Notes under the pieces: model-generated
What the model saw: the letters and a program-made list of their open reading frames with translations, nothing else
Databases searched by the model: none
What the model was told of the DNA's origin: nothing
NCBI GenBank assembly: GCA_051530055.1
Contig: CM121342.1
Coordinates: forward strand, 2,514,797 to 2,578,796
Length of the DNA stretch: 64,000 nucleotides
DNA from: Neoechinorhynchus agilis
Lineage: Eukaryota > Animalia > Acanthocephala
Reading direction: 5' to 3'
Translations under genes and position numbers: made by a program
In this document: one piece after another, positions 1 through 12,414 of the stretch
Layout of the letters: each line of letters begins with the position of its first letter
Position numbering within the stretch: position 1 is the stretch's first letter

Positions 1-730
1 ACAAATATGATGGACGTAAAAGTTTTTGTAGCATTCCGCTAAAATGAAGATCTGAAACAAATTACTTCAATTTGGACGGTGAAAATAAACAACGTTAACG
101 AGAACCCTAGTTCAATCCATTGACTTTATAAAATGAAACTTTTCAGGAATGAGTAATGTCATTGTTTAGAAAGTTTGTCCTTATTACCTGAGATGGTTTT
201 TATCCATTTCAAATAGACATATACAAATTTTTCGTTGATGGAATAAATCCAAAAGTCACTGGTAGGGAAACGTTTTAGTTTCATGAGTTTTGTATTTGAA
301 AAATCGTTATTTTTTCTTGTAGCCTAGTGATCCCAAAAACTGCAAAATTCACGTTGCATAGAACATTTAACTACGTTGGAGCAAAAACAACGGAATTTTT
401 TAGTGTTGCGCTCTTCTACTCTTATAAGCGAAACATAAAAGCGCAACGTTATTTAAGAGACAAAAATTGGTTGAATGATCTTTTAAATAAGCTGACCAAC
501 TAAGTGATGTTTGATCTTTCAACGAATTTGCATGAATCCAATGCTCTATCCCATATTCGTCTATGAAGAAAAATTCCTTTGGTTCATGGATGAAATGAGT
601 GTCTGTCGGTCAAATATTTGATTATAAGTAAATAATATTCTTACAATTTTTAAATTTCGATTTAACGCATTAAATTTTTGATTTTAAAAAAATAGAATAA
701 TCGTATCGAGAAAATCCATTAGGATGATAA

Positions 731-900
731 TTTTTGACTTGTGGTGAAGATAATCACCCGGTTAAAAATCATTTTACCCGAGTTTAAATGGTTGAAAACT
801 TACAAGCAATGATTGATAAAATAAGATTTCCTCTTTAGAAATATTTCCTGATAATAAAATGATTTTTAACCCGGTGATTATCTTCACCACAGGCCAAAAA
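731..900. mobile_element. Palindromic mini-element, decayed copy (Penelope terminal-repeat derived)
   Basis: ~46-bp inverted arms (tttttgacttgtggtgaagataatcacccggttaaaaatcatttta / taaaatgatttttaacccggtgattatcttcaccacaggccaaaaa). The interior caatgattgata...gaaatatttcc aligns with the hammerhead arm of the 31830-32069 copy. Confidence 0.7.
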
Positions 901-1688
901 TAGATTAGTGCACTGAAATTCCACTTTCTGTTCCTTCCTTAATCGCCATTGTTTTGGAAACAAAAGTCATCTAATAATCATCTTGGAAGATAATTTCTCA
1001 TTAAATAATTGTACTAAAAAAATAGAATTAATGGTTCTTCTTCGAGCCTTAAGAAAGGCGCCGTTAGAATAATGCGATTTTGTGTTATTATTCTTTAAAA
1101 ACTTCCACGTGCTCTTTTCGGTTATAAAAAGTGCTTTTATTTCCTGATGATCTAGCCGTTTTAAGTCAGGAAATTCTAATTTAAGTTAATGCTCAAACCG
1201 AAGTTTGTTGTTTATTTGAACCTTTTCGAATATTAAACCAGTCTAAACTGAAACTTCTCAATATCCGACGAGAATCTGCTTAAAGGGGACGTAATCATTG
1301 CTAATGGCATTCTCAACTAGTCTTAAAAATATCAATTTCTCTTTAGCATTTAAACGCACCTCATTTCTAAGCATTATTTTAAGATATATTTCCATTTTCG
1401 CATTGAAATTCGTTGAAATAAATTTTCGTCAAGATTTTTTCATAAAATGCTGTAATTAAAGACTTGTTTTTGGTTAATTCGTCCAAAATTCTGCACGAAA
1501 TCATACATTTTCTATTTTAAATTAATAAAACACTTAAAAAATATCTCAATTTAACAATCTGAATGATCATGAAAAGAATGAATTGTAAAATCTGATTAAA
1601 TATTCCAGATATATCTTAACATAGAAAAATGCTAATCTTCTATTTGTTCAGCTGAAAAGAGTAAATAATCACTCCTGTTACTCAAGGT

Positions 1689-2144
1689 TCATACATGAGT
1701 TACCTGTATGTTGTTCTTTCGTCTTTCGGCTAAGGGAAACTTCTTACGGGTATACGTCATTCAAGTGGAAGAAGTTGCCGCCACACACCTCCCCTCCAGT
1801 GTCGCCGCACCATGTTCCGTCCTGGAAACGTGCCGGTCTTTCGAGTTGAACCTCGGTGTGATGACGGCGTGTTGCTAGCAGCTGGGCCTGGTCAGGACGC
1901 TGACCAGGCCGGTCTCGTCGGGGTAAGGACAGCAGGGTATTGGAGGAGCAAGGCCTCGTGGCTGTTGCTGGTCAGGACGCTGACCAGTCCAGTCTCGTCG
2001 GGGTCACCAATTTAGCGGCGTCACGTAAGAAGAAGACGAAGTTTTATTCCTCTATCATACATGAGTTACCTGTATGTTGTTCTTTCGGCTAAGGGAAACT
2101 TCTTACGGGTACACGTCATTCAAGTGGAAGAAGTCGCCGCCACA
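1689..2144 (-). mobile_element. Miniature non-coding LTR retroelement (TRIM-like) with tRNA-Trp primer-binding site
   Basis: Direct repeats 1689-1785 and 2055-2144; full 5' LTR ~2011-2144 starts TGTGGCGGCG on the minus strand. PBS TGGTGACCCCGACG at 2009-1996 is complementary to the tRNA-Trp 3' end. Polypurine tract GGAGGGGAGGTG at 1797-1786 abuts the 3' LTR. Confidence 0.8.
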
Positions 2145-2484
2145 ATCGTATTTAAAATCAGATCCATATATTCATAACCGAGACGAAAAACAAATTTGAT
2201 GATCTCAAAATTGACGGATTGAAAGCCGTGTTTACCGAGGCTGCCTCGAGTTCTATTGGAATCGCTATTGCATTCTAAAGAGACTGTCACTGATGATTGC
2301 TGACTTCATGGAAACGAAAGAGTTTGCACTTGTTGCGAAAATAATGCTTAATGCGCATTTCTCAAGCTTCAAAATACCATTTATTAAAACTCCTAATTTT
2401 TTCAAAAATCATAAAGAAATCTTTAGAAAAGTCACGGTTATTTTGCTATTATTGTGTGAAACATTTAAGCTCTCTCATTTAAAG

Positions 2485-5263
2485 ATGGACACCGTGGCTC
2501 GTTTAGTCTCCGAAAACCATAAAATCTTCATATTAACTCGATCCGGTAAACTTGTCTTTTCTCGTGGTGGAATCGAAGAAGAGTTTGTCGGACTATCAGG
2601 CGTAGTTTTAACACTCGTCGCTCTCATCGAGCAACGAGACGGAGACAAACTCCTCGCAATTGAATGTTCAACCTCCTATATAATGTTCATGCATCGAGAA
2701 CCATTCATAATGGTAGCTTGTGTACCAAACCGAGGACCTCGTGGGTTCACGAGACATTGTCTTACCAAAACTCTCGATCTCGTCTACAATCAAGTTGTTT
2801 CGGTGCTTAGTCTCAAATACTCCATGACCACTCACAGAGTGGGGACTAAATGAGCGGTCAGTCATTACGTCCAGGACGCATTCGTCCGAAAACAAAACAT
2901 CGACTTTCGATCCTCTCTTAGTGATTGTGATCGAATGCTCGATCGGATTTGGTCTTCACATGTTAAAAAAACCGATTTGTCTCTAATCATCGACGCTGTT
3001 CAGCCTCTTCCTCTTGTTCAACAAGTTCGATTGAAACTTGGCGACCTTCTTGCAAAGACCATTAAGACTGATGTGAGTTCTATATTTTTGGACTTTAAAT
3101 TAAACTTTCAATCTAAGGATCTCATATTTGCTCTTCTTATCTACAATGGACAACTTGTTTGCTGTTCAAAAATGAAAGACCAATATTTACACGTGAGCGA
3201 TATATTGATCGTATTGAACCTTGTAGCGAGCAACAGATCATTCCGAAACGTCGAAAGCTGGATACCTATTTGTCTTCCCAAGTTTAACTCGAGGTTAGTC
3301 AAAGGGTTGGCGAGAACCATGATTATTTCGAAACAAAGAATGAATTTTTTAGAAGACCGAAACACGAGATTTTCTATTTTTTTGTGTAGTTTGGAATTGC
3401 TATTGAACAGGAGGCGATCATCGCGGTGTTATTTTGCTGTCCTTTGAAAATAAGTCCACTGATAATGTTAAACCACATCATTTATTTTTCAGCTAAAGAT
3501 TAATTTGTCGAGCGTTTTTAAACTATTTATGAAGAGCGGGAAGAGGAGCTGCTGCTATCTAGCGAGCAAACCTGAGATCGCTATTTTAAGACACGTATTT
3601 ATCTCGTATTCTAATTGCTCTTCCAATCGACAATGTTATTTCGTGACATTAATGCTGATTCCAATACCGAACACAAAGTACTCTTATGAAATCGATGTTT
3701 TCGAGCTCGTCTGTTAGGCCATGGCGCTTTCTGGTATGTATTTTTAGGACACCTGCAATCGACTTATCGCCACAAAATCTTAGTTGTATTAAATTGAAGC
3801 AGTTTGGAACAGTGCAAATTTGAAAGCTTTTTGTTTACCTGAAAACAGTTTCGCACTAAATCATTGACTGTCGAATACCACGAAATAACACTGCGGATGA
3901 CACAAATGAGATCCGCTGGCAATGACTAAGAATCCACAATACCATTTTTGCTTAACTCAAGTCTTGTTGATGCTAAATTTTAGCAATTATTAAATCGAAT
4001 AGAAGTTTTATCCACCATGTATCGTTTACACAATACAGTCCCGAAAAATTCAGCTTAAATACATCTTCGGAGTTCACAAAAGTTTTATAACGTTGTCATT
4101 ATTATCGTTAGTCAGAGTTAGGAATTTCCATTAAAAACTAAAGGTCATGGTTGTAAAAAACCACAAATGAACATTTGCCTTGTCGTATTTAGTGGATTTC
4201 TTCATGCGTATATTTCCTATCTCGAATCCCAAACGTGCTTAGTACTCTTAAGCGCGAATCACGAATCCTTCAATACACTTGCAGAACGAGCTAAGAAATT
4301 CAAAGAGGTCGGTAGATATTCTTCAGCTTACGCCTTCAACCATTTTAGCTCACAGAAGTTTACAAAATCAAAGTACGATTGTCTGCTTAAAGATTTAGTG
4401 GTCAAAGGTGTCCTTGCGGGCGACCAAGCTTACATTTATTCGCTCAAGGCAATCGTGGGACCGCTAAAGCTCCAGTAATAACCTTTAAATTAGAAAATAT
4501 AATTACTTTTTGTATTATTCTGCATGGTTTTTCTCTCAGTTAAAACTGGGCACAAAGAAATTTCAAAAAAAGGACCAAATGACTATAATTAATTGGTCCC
4601 AATTCTATAGAAATAGTTAAATCATTCAAATTTAAAAAACATGGCTAGATCGCCATCGACTTATATTGCCAAGAACTATCGTTATGAACGTTTAGAACTA
4701 GTTTTTAATGTGAACCGGTGACCTTTTTTGTGGGTTTTTTCAAAAATTAAATCCGTCAAAAATCCTTTCAGTATATTCTATATCATTCTGTTCACCGCAT
4801 TGACCACTCAATCAATCGCCAGGCTCATTCAAATGCTTACCACTTTCTCTTTGGACGACCATCTCCACTATTCTACGACCTGGTTCACTTTGTATATAAA
4901 TCAAGACAATTCAAACAATTCGTTTCCACTTCAATGGGTGGCATATTTCCCGATGCGTACATTCAAGACATCCACCACGAGTATTTACAACTCCGAAACG
5001 AAATGCATGCTTATCGCCCACCGATGCGGCTTCTCTCGTTGACTACTAACCGCTTCGAACTATTCGGATGGGTAAGTTGGTTTTATAAAATCTTTTCCTT
5101 CTGAATCCTCGTTGTCACGCAGAACTCGGCATCATTCGAAGTTATTCTGATATGCTCGCCAATCGCCAGTAAGCGAAATGTCGCGGCAATGGCACGAGAA
5201 ATCGTACGGATTGTTAAGAAGCACGAAAATCGATTGTTCATTAATGAAATGCAAGTGTTTTAA
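2485..5263 (+). CDS. MON1: Vacuolar fusion protein MON1 homologue (Rab7 GEF subunit), multi-exon
   Basis: Motifs KIFILTRSGKLVFSRGG, VYNQVVSVL..RKQNIDFR, SFRNVESWIPICLPKFN|SGFLHAYISYL, DLVHFVYKSR and KKHENRLFI. GT-AG introns 3294-4192 and 5072-5122, plus others around 4310-4820 with less certain borders. An in-frame TGA at 2851-2853 must be spliced out. Confidence 0.9.
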
Positions 5264-5789
5264 ATATTACTTGTGCATACGGGTTGGACACTGAATGAAA
5301 ACTGCGTGAGAAACTTATTCTTGGATTTAATCACGCATCGACAGTTATCAGCTATTTCTGATAAGGATAATTACGTTCTTAAACTGCACTGAGTTACTCG
5401 TAGTTTTAGTCAAATATTTTAAATTGCAGTTTCATGTTATAATCAATTACTTGCAGTCCACGCCGTTTTCTTGTTTGAGATTTCTAAATGAAAGATTGCC
5501 TAAATGAGATTCCGAGTAAATCTATGAAAATTATAATTATCGAACATTGTTCTTAAATTTTTGCATTTTACTTATTGATTTATAGTTGGCTGGCGGATTG
5601 TTGTCGACTGATTTCTGAACCGCGTGTTGTCGTTTCAATTGTAATTTTATTTAAGCAATTTCTGCGATTAAGAACAAATGTTTATTTAGGACCAATATTT
5701 CGGGGTTTTACTCCTTATTCAGGATCAAAAAAACACGCACATAATCTATAAAGGTAGAGTTAGAATAAAGTAAATGAGGAACTTTACTC

Positions 5790-7640
5790 ATCCCTTTTAT
5801 TTAGAACCATGAAGACCAGTCCCAAGTTATCCGTCTCCTCTCCACGACCACCTCGCTCAGTAGCATTTTTCGCAAAGTTCCAATTGGTCTTTTGCTCGGT
5901 ACTTCACTGCCACCGAGAGCCTCACTCCTTGATCTTCTGGATCCCATGGTGTCGACATATAAGAGGCCGCGTTTGGGTTCAACGCATTGACGACCCGGAT
6001 ATGTTCGGCACGATATCGGGCTTTGTGGTGCGTTGTCCTTGTTAGGATCCACGGCGTAATGTTGGAGCACTCCTTTGGACTAATGGAACCTCCAGTCCTA
6101 TTTCTTTTAAAAGAGCTTCTTGATGTCGCTCGTAAATTTTTCGCAAACAAATGAGATCCACATAATCGGTAAGGCATCACTATTCTTTTGCTTCATCCTC
6201 AAAGTCCGTCCACCGATTCGGTCCGACGTTGTGTTCAGATCAATTTCCAAAATCTATATAAACGTTTTGTGCGAAAATTCCGTTTACATCATTAACCGCG
6301 CTACTCATGCGAAGCAAAGCTTTGCGTTCTTATGCATCGCAGCGTAAATCGCTCATCACCCAAGATAATGGTATTAAATATCGATGCACAACTATTGGTT
6401 TCTTGCATGGTTTACGATACCACTCAAATGTTGTCGCATCGTCAGATTTGAGTCGCAAGCTGAGGAAGGGTAAATAGTCCACCGGGTTGTCCCTCGTAAC
6501 CGCCCTGCTGTGTCCATTGTATTGGACCTCTGTTCCAATTCATTCAGTTCATACGTCTCCTTGTAGGACAGTAGCACGTCGTCCACATATCTCAGGTATA
6601 GTAGTTTTTTCAGTAGTATGTGGGAAAATGTGCTGCCTCTCCAGATCGTCCAGGAACAAAATCACCAACACAGGAGCAAGGCTGCTGTTCCCCATAGCCA
6701 ACCATCGGACTTGCAGACAGGGCCTGTTCCCATATCTGAAGAGATTGCAGTTGAGGATTTAGCGTATGAGCAATATGAGATCCGTTATCTCAAAACAATG
6801 AAGGCTGAGCTTTTGTTTCAAGCAATCTTTTCTCCGTAGCTCTTAAGGCCGTATAATTGTAGACGTTTGTGTATAAGACTTCAAAATCAAAAGACATTAG
6901 TCGGCAGTTATTTAAATCCCCTCGCCGGGAATACAAGGACTCAATCAGTCCCCCCTCACTTTTTATAGATATGCCCTTGTCGTTTGGAGGAGTGGGCTTT
7001 GGGTCATAGCTAACAGTTTTGGGACTCGATACCCAGGGCCGATCCAGTTGTCAATGTGATGGAAACCGATGAGATCTCATGCGTTTTAATCATTGGATAC
7101 ATTACTGGCGTACGTAATCGTCATGGGATGTTAGCGCTGAACCCTCTTAATTGGCGCCTATCAATCACATTTTGGGAAGGACGGAATTCCTTACAGCATT
7201 CCTCGCTATCATCTTCTCTGCCATTTCATAAGTGGTCCAATCTCCTAATAATGTCGACATCATCCCCTCCTCTTCACTCCGCCCGATCACAACCAATTTG
7301 CCACCTTTATCACTAACTATCACTCTTCGCGACTTATTTTGGGACACTTCTTTAGTCGATTTCACGACTGCACGTTCACCATGCGAGAGATTCGGTACTG
7401 TACTTTGTGTTGCATGATGAACATTTATCTAGCCAATCCCTTTTATGAGCATTAATAATCGTCTTTCAACGCTATCATCTACTCTTGGTAGGCCGCCTTC
7501 TCGAAGTTCAAACGACATTTATGCTTCCACAAATCCGTCGATCTCTCACCCCGGCGGTCTCTCTCCTTCTAAATCGCAATATTGTCCGAAAATCTTGTCC
7601 TGCTTTTTTCCCTTTTCAGGGAAGACAAGTGTCGTTTGAA
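5790..7640 (-). mobile_element. Decayed Penelope-like retroelement (RT + GIY-YIG remnants)
   Basis: Minus-strand motifs in PLE order: SDKGGKLVVI (DKG), SFDFEVLYTNV, LAMGNSSLAP, RYVDDVLL, YLPFL..WYRKP, then a degenerate endonuclease region. Many stops and frameshifts. Confidence 0.85.
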
Positions 7641-7857
7641 TTATATTTACGCAAACTAAATAAGACTCTTGTAAACGTTCCTTTGAATCCATTCTTAGCA
7701 ACGCTGTGGAACTTTAAAAATGGTAGAATAATTTTTTTCGCCTTTGATTTCCAAGGCAAAATTGAACGTTATTTAACCACGAATACAAGTTATGAGCGTC
7801 CTTGCGTTTTTCGCACACATTTATTCCTTTATCCTGCTTTAAAAATCCTATTGCAGA

Positions 7858-10281
7858 ATGACTACTTATTGGTTTGAAGAATCCCTAGAAGACGAAACAC
7901 AATCGTTAATCTTTGCTGCATTGGATAAAATCCTCACAAACCAACCAATAAATCGGTCTGAATGGGCGTCCGCTCATTTATCAGTATATCAAAGTTGTGC
8001 TTCTATAAATTCGCGACATCTTGAGCTCCACACAAAAGTCCTCAATCGAATCCAAGACCATGTACGATCGATAAAAGGGACAATAGAAGTCGCAGAAGAC
8101 AAAGAAATCATTGTCGTCTATTCGCAGCAATACAAAAAATTCAGTCAAGCTATTATAAAAATCAACTATCTATTTAAAAGCCTTAATGACGCATACCGAG
8201 TTTGGACTTCAATGGGAAATTTAGTAGAGGACATCAGGAAATTCGGAATTGAACTCGCTGAGCTTTCATCAGATTACCCAGTTGAACATGCGTTCTCTTT
8301 TGAACAACTTTGTAATGGATTCTGGCAATACAATGTCGTCAATGAGCTTTCAACGCGATTAAGACGATGTATTCTGGCTCAACTGGATGAAAGACGATTT
8401 TACTATAAGGATCTGGAATCTCTTGTTAATTATTGTACTCAATGGACTTTAGATGTGAGAGTGATGAGTGAATCTTTTGTTCGTTGCTGTCACTCATTTC
8501 TCACAAATGAACCTTTAACTAGTTTTGACGACCTCGATGATCGATTCTTCGAGTCTTACGATCGAGTATTTGGACAGAAATTTGAAGTAGCTACCGGTGA
8601 TCATATTAGCACTTTGGCAAAGGAGTTTTCGGCGCAATTAGAATCTTGCGGATTATCGGCATTCGATTACTTATCCAAATACGAACAATATATGACTAAA
8701 GTTATGAGGATTGAATATGCGATCGCCGATGCTCATTGTCTTGGGAAACGTGTTACTCATCAATGTGATTTGATGGCAAAAGCACTCGTATATTTTCACC
8801 GGGATCAAATAAAAGGAGCATTTACTCAAGTTCTGAACGATACGGTGGATGCGTTCTCGCCAACTTCAGTTCCTTCTGCAATTGACTCTAAAGTACTACT
8901 AGATTTTCTCGGATCGGTGAAATCCGTCAATGTGATTTTAAACCATTCAAAAATATCCTCTGACGAGTTCATGTGTAATTTCAGTGTTAGTGTAAAAGAG
9001 ATATTTGCTCGTTACGCTAAATATTTAAGAATGCAAAACGATGACGAACCACAGAAAAATCGACTTTCTTCGATTTTAATGAATGTCGCTTTGTTTCACC
9101 AACAATTACACGATCGATTTTTGACAATTGTCGGAAATAATTGCTTTGATTTCGAATCTCTATTTGAACGAGCGTTCACTTCAATGATAAACAGGTTATC
9201 TGATTTTATAGAAGATCTTTTGCCGATAAAAGATTCAACGGCAAATCTTCTGGCACTTGTGTTCGATATTCAAGTACGACGAATTGTCTCGGCGGATCAT
9301 GTGTCAAAATACGAACAAATCTCTGACGATATTGACCGATCATGTGAACTTTTTAAATACTTAGAAGAAAAAGATGAGTTTGTGGATACATATAAACGGT
9401 ACTTGTCTGTACGACTTATTCAAAACCTGAGTACTGGTAATGATATAGAAAGAAGGATCATTGACTTTCTTCGAGAACAATGTGGGCGTGATTATGTGAG
9501 TCATTTGTCCACAATGATTGTCGATGTCGACAAAAGTAGAGAACTAATGACGAAATTTACTCCTACAGATCGATCCTTTGATTTTGAGACCAAGGTTTTA
9601 AGAACTACCTTTTGGCCATTTGAAGGAAGTGAAGAGAACTTGTGTCTACACGATGGTAATAATCTTATCGCTCAGTTCGAACGGTTTTATAAAGATAAGC
9701 ACACGTCTAGAAAATTGGTATGGTCCCATAAATGTTCTACTGTTGATTTGAAGGCTAATTTCCCATCAGGATCCTACATTTTTCTTGTAAATCATTACCA
9801 ATTTGCGATACTTACCGTTTTGGATGCGCATGGAAAAGTAAAGCTTGCAAAACTGAAGGAACTCTCTGGGGTGGAGAAGGAAAAGGAGTTTTCCCAGAAT
9901 ATGCGTGTTCTTCAAAAGTTTAAAGTTGTTATTATGAAGGACGATTGTGTTCAAATGAACAACGAATTTCAAAGTTCTCATATCCGTTTGAAACTCCATT
10001 CATGCGTTCCGTATTTTGAGACTCGTCGAGGAAAAGCTACTACTGACAATACTGATCATCCATTGGAGGACAGTCGTAAGAACTTCTGTATGGCTGCAAT
10101 CACGAGAATGTTGAAACAAAAGAAGAAATTAAGCAAGAAGGATTTATATGATATGGTTTGTCGGGACGGACAACTTTCGTTTTTACCGACAGATAGACTT
10201 TTTGATCAGTCGTTGGATTATCTTGCAAGTAATCAAATGATTAAAGTGCACGAAAGCGGTGATCTGGAGTATTTGGCTTAA
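7858..10281 (+). CDS. Divergent intronless cullin (Cul1/Cul2-like), 807 aa
   Basis: Cullin homology motifs FKYLEEKDEFVDTYKRYLSVRL, VLRTTFWP and RKLVWSH; C-terminal neddylation winged helix AAITRMLKQKKKL...LEYLA. Confidence 0.9.
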   Translation: MTTYWFEESLEDETQSLIFAALDKILTNQPINRSEWASAHLSVYQSCASINSRHLELHTKVLNRIQDHVRSIKGTIEVAEDKEIIVVYSQQYKKFSQAIIKINYLFKSLNDAYRVWTSMGNLVEDIRKFGIELAELSSDYPVEHAFSFEQLCNGFWQYNVVNELSTRLRRCILAQLDERRFYYKDLESLVNYCTQWTLDVRVMSESFVRCCHSFLTNEPLTSFDDLDDRFFESYDRVFGQKFEVATGDHISTLAKEFSAQLESCGLSAFDYLSKYEQYMTKVMRIEYAIADAHCLGKRVTHQCDLMAKALVYFHRDQIKGAFTQVLNDTVDAFSPTSVPSAIDSKVLLDFLGSVKSVNVILNHSKISSDEFMCNFSVSVKEIFARYAKYLRMQNDDEPQKNRLSSILMNVALFHQQLHDRFLTIVGNNCFDFESLFERAFTSMINRLSDFIEDLLPIKDSTANLLALVFDIQVRRIVSADHVSKYEQISDDIDRSCELFKYLEEKDEFVDTYKRYLSVRLIQNLSTGNDIERRIIDFLREQCGRDYVSHLSTMIVDVDKSRELMTKFTPTDRSFDFETKVLRTTFWPFEGSEENLCLHDGNNLIAQFERFYKDKHTSRKLVWSHKCSTVDLKANFPSGSYIFLVNHYQFAILTVLDAHGKVKLAKLKELSGVEKEKEFSQNMRVLQKFKVVIMKDDCVQMNNEFQSSHIRLKLHSCVPYFETRRGKATTDNTDHPLEDSRKNFCMAAITRMLKQKKKLSKKDLYDMVCRDGQLSFLPTDRLFDQSLDYLASNQMIKVHESGDLEYLA

Positions 10282-11282
10282 AGAAATAGTTGATTATTGA
10301 AAAAATAGATATACGGCTTGTGCAACCTTTAATATACTGTAAAATGGAAAATATATATGTTTTAAATATTACAATACTCATTCGTAATTATTTGTTGCAA
10401 TTTAGACCTTTAACGATGATTATATACGCCACGATTTTTTGCATAAAAGTCAACTTGTGGTTCTCTTAAATTCTACTTTTGGTTACCTTCCTTTGAATCG
10501 AAAGTTTTCAAATTTATTTCACTTGTAGAGTGCAAGCATTTCACAAAAAATCTTTAAATTCCAGTATTCATCTATAGTTTTTGAATGAACGGATTTTTTT
10601 GAAAGCTGCCACCAATAAAATATATGGAAATTACAAATAAAATGATTTCTAACCTGACGAGTATATTCACCACAAGTCAAAATTTACCATAATGATGGAT
10701 TTTCTCGACATGATTAAAGAAGGTAATTTTTTGAACCTTTTTGTTCTAAAGTACTTTTATATTTTACGGCCGAAAATATTTGAGGATTTTATTTTTGTGG
10801 TGATTAGAAAAAAGTTAACCAGGCATTTTTGTGAACATCTATTTCTTTTAAATCAGACTGTTTTGCGTTAAAGGTTTTATCTTTGATGAATTCTATCCAA
10901 ACCAAAAAGTCGATCTCGACTGTGTAATAATCTCGTGGAGCATTGCTTTTTTTATCCTCGGTATTAAACCTACAGCTCTTTATAATACAATGTGCCTTTG
11001 TTAAATAAATCAACGTAACCCTCGTCATAAATGTTCATGTTTCAATTGTTAAAAAACCAAAGATTTATTAACGACTTAGTTCATCAATGCTACGAGAATC
11101 AATCTTCTTATAAGAAATAGGAATGACTCGTGGACTGCTTTTCGTGCTGCAGCATCCGTTCCAATTGAGCGAATGTTTTCTTTGAAACTCCTGATACGAC
11201 TGGTGCTCTTGTCCTAAACAAAAACCGCTCATGCTATTTAATCCGTTAGAAAATATCTCATGCAAAACGTCATGCAAGATTC

Positions 11283-11922
11283 TTAGAGAGTGCTCGTGGT
11301 AATTGGACAAGGAGACATTGTCTGAATTACTTTCCCATAATTACTGGGATCAATAACTACATCAATGAAAACTTTAGTCGGGATATCATTAGCATTCCCT
11401 GAATTTTGTAGCATCGTTTGGAATGCGTCTTGTGCTCTGTTAACGGAATAACCTTGATCAATTGAATTCAGGATTTGTTTAGCCTTTGCTCGATTAATGG
11501 ACTCCGACGGAGTTGATTTACCTTCGATTTGAGATAAAAGGAAATGAACCTTTTTGCGGTTTTCCTCTAGTGACATTTTAGAACTAAAATGATCTACGAT
11601 ATCGCAACAAACCCTTTCCTCTTAACATGACATAAACCGTCATAAACTCATTGAAGGTGAGATCGCCTGATTGATCACCATCAAAAGCCTTAAAAGTTTG
11701 ATCCGCTTTTCTTTTTGTTGCCTCAGAACACCGCATTTCCCCTTTGATTAAATTCGCATAAGCTTCTCGAAATTGCCGTTTGCTCATAGCACCTTTCTTA
11801 GAAGCATAGCGGCTGAATTCAGTATGAAGACCTTGTATAGTATAGACGTCCATCCCTGTAAGAGTGCTCAGAGCTTTAAGATCACCCTCATTCAAAATGC
11901 GGTTTGGTGAACGATTTCCCAT
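11283..11922 (-). CDS. EF-hand calcium-binding protein, neuronal calcium sensor/recoverin-like
   Basis: N-terminal MGN; canonical EF loop DGDQSGDLTFNEF. Two ORFs can be joined by a very short intron near 11584-11612. A further 3' exon is possible after the donor GGGAAA|GTAATT. Confidence 0.7.
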
Positions 11923-12414
11923 GCTTGAAAAACTACGAAAATGTGCGTGCTCTGATGGAGTTATATATCAACGAGAACGCATGACTCACTTTTGAGCGAG
12001 ATAAAGGTTCATTTGAGGACGTGGTTCAGTGATATTTAGTGAACAAACAGATTGGAATGTGGGAAATATGTTCTAACTTGTTAGATTTCTGATATTTTGC
12101 AACTCATTGTGGAGTCGACGACCGCGTATGTATAGTCGTGGTTTCTCCGAGAATCAATAAAGAATGACATTTTAGTGTTCAGTGCGCAAAAAGACAAATC
12201 TTCGGATGGCTTATAAACTGCGATGAATTCTAATGTCATAGATTAAAGACAAGCACAATCACCGAATTCAAATAGCTATTTAAAACCTCGTTAGAAGTGG
12301 TAACGCTGCCATTGATGTCGAGAACAGAGATTTATTTTTATTCAATTCAACAACACGTTTTATTTATTTTGTTTTAGAAGAGGACCCATGTACCTCTGGG
12401 TCCTCGTGATCACT

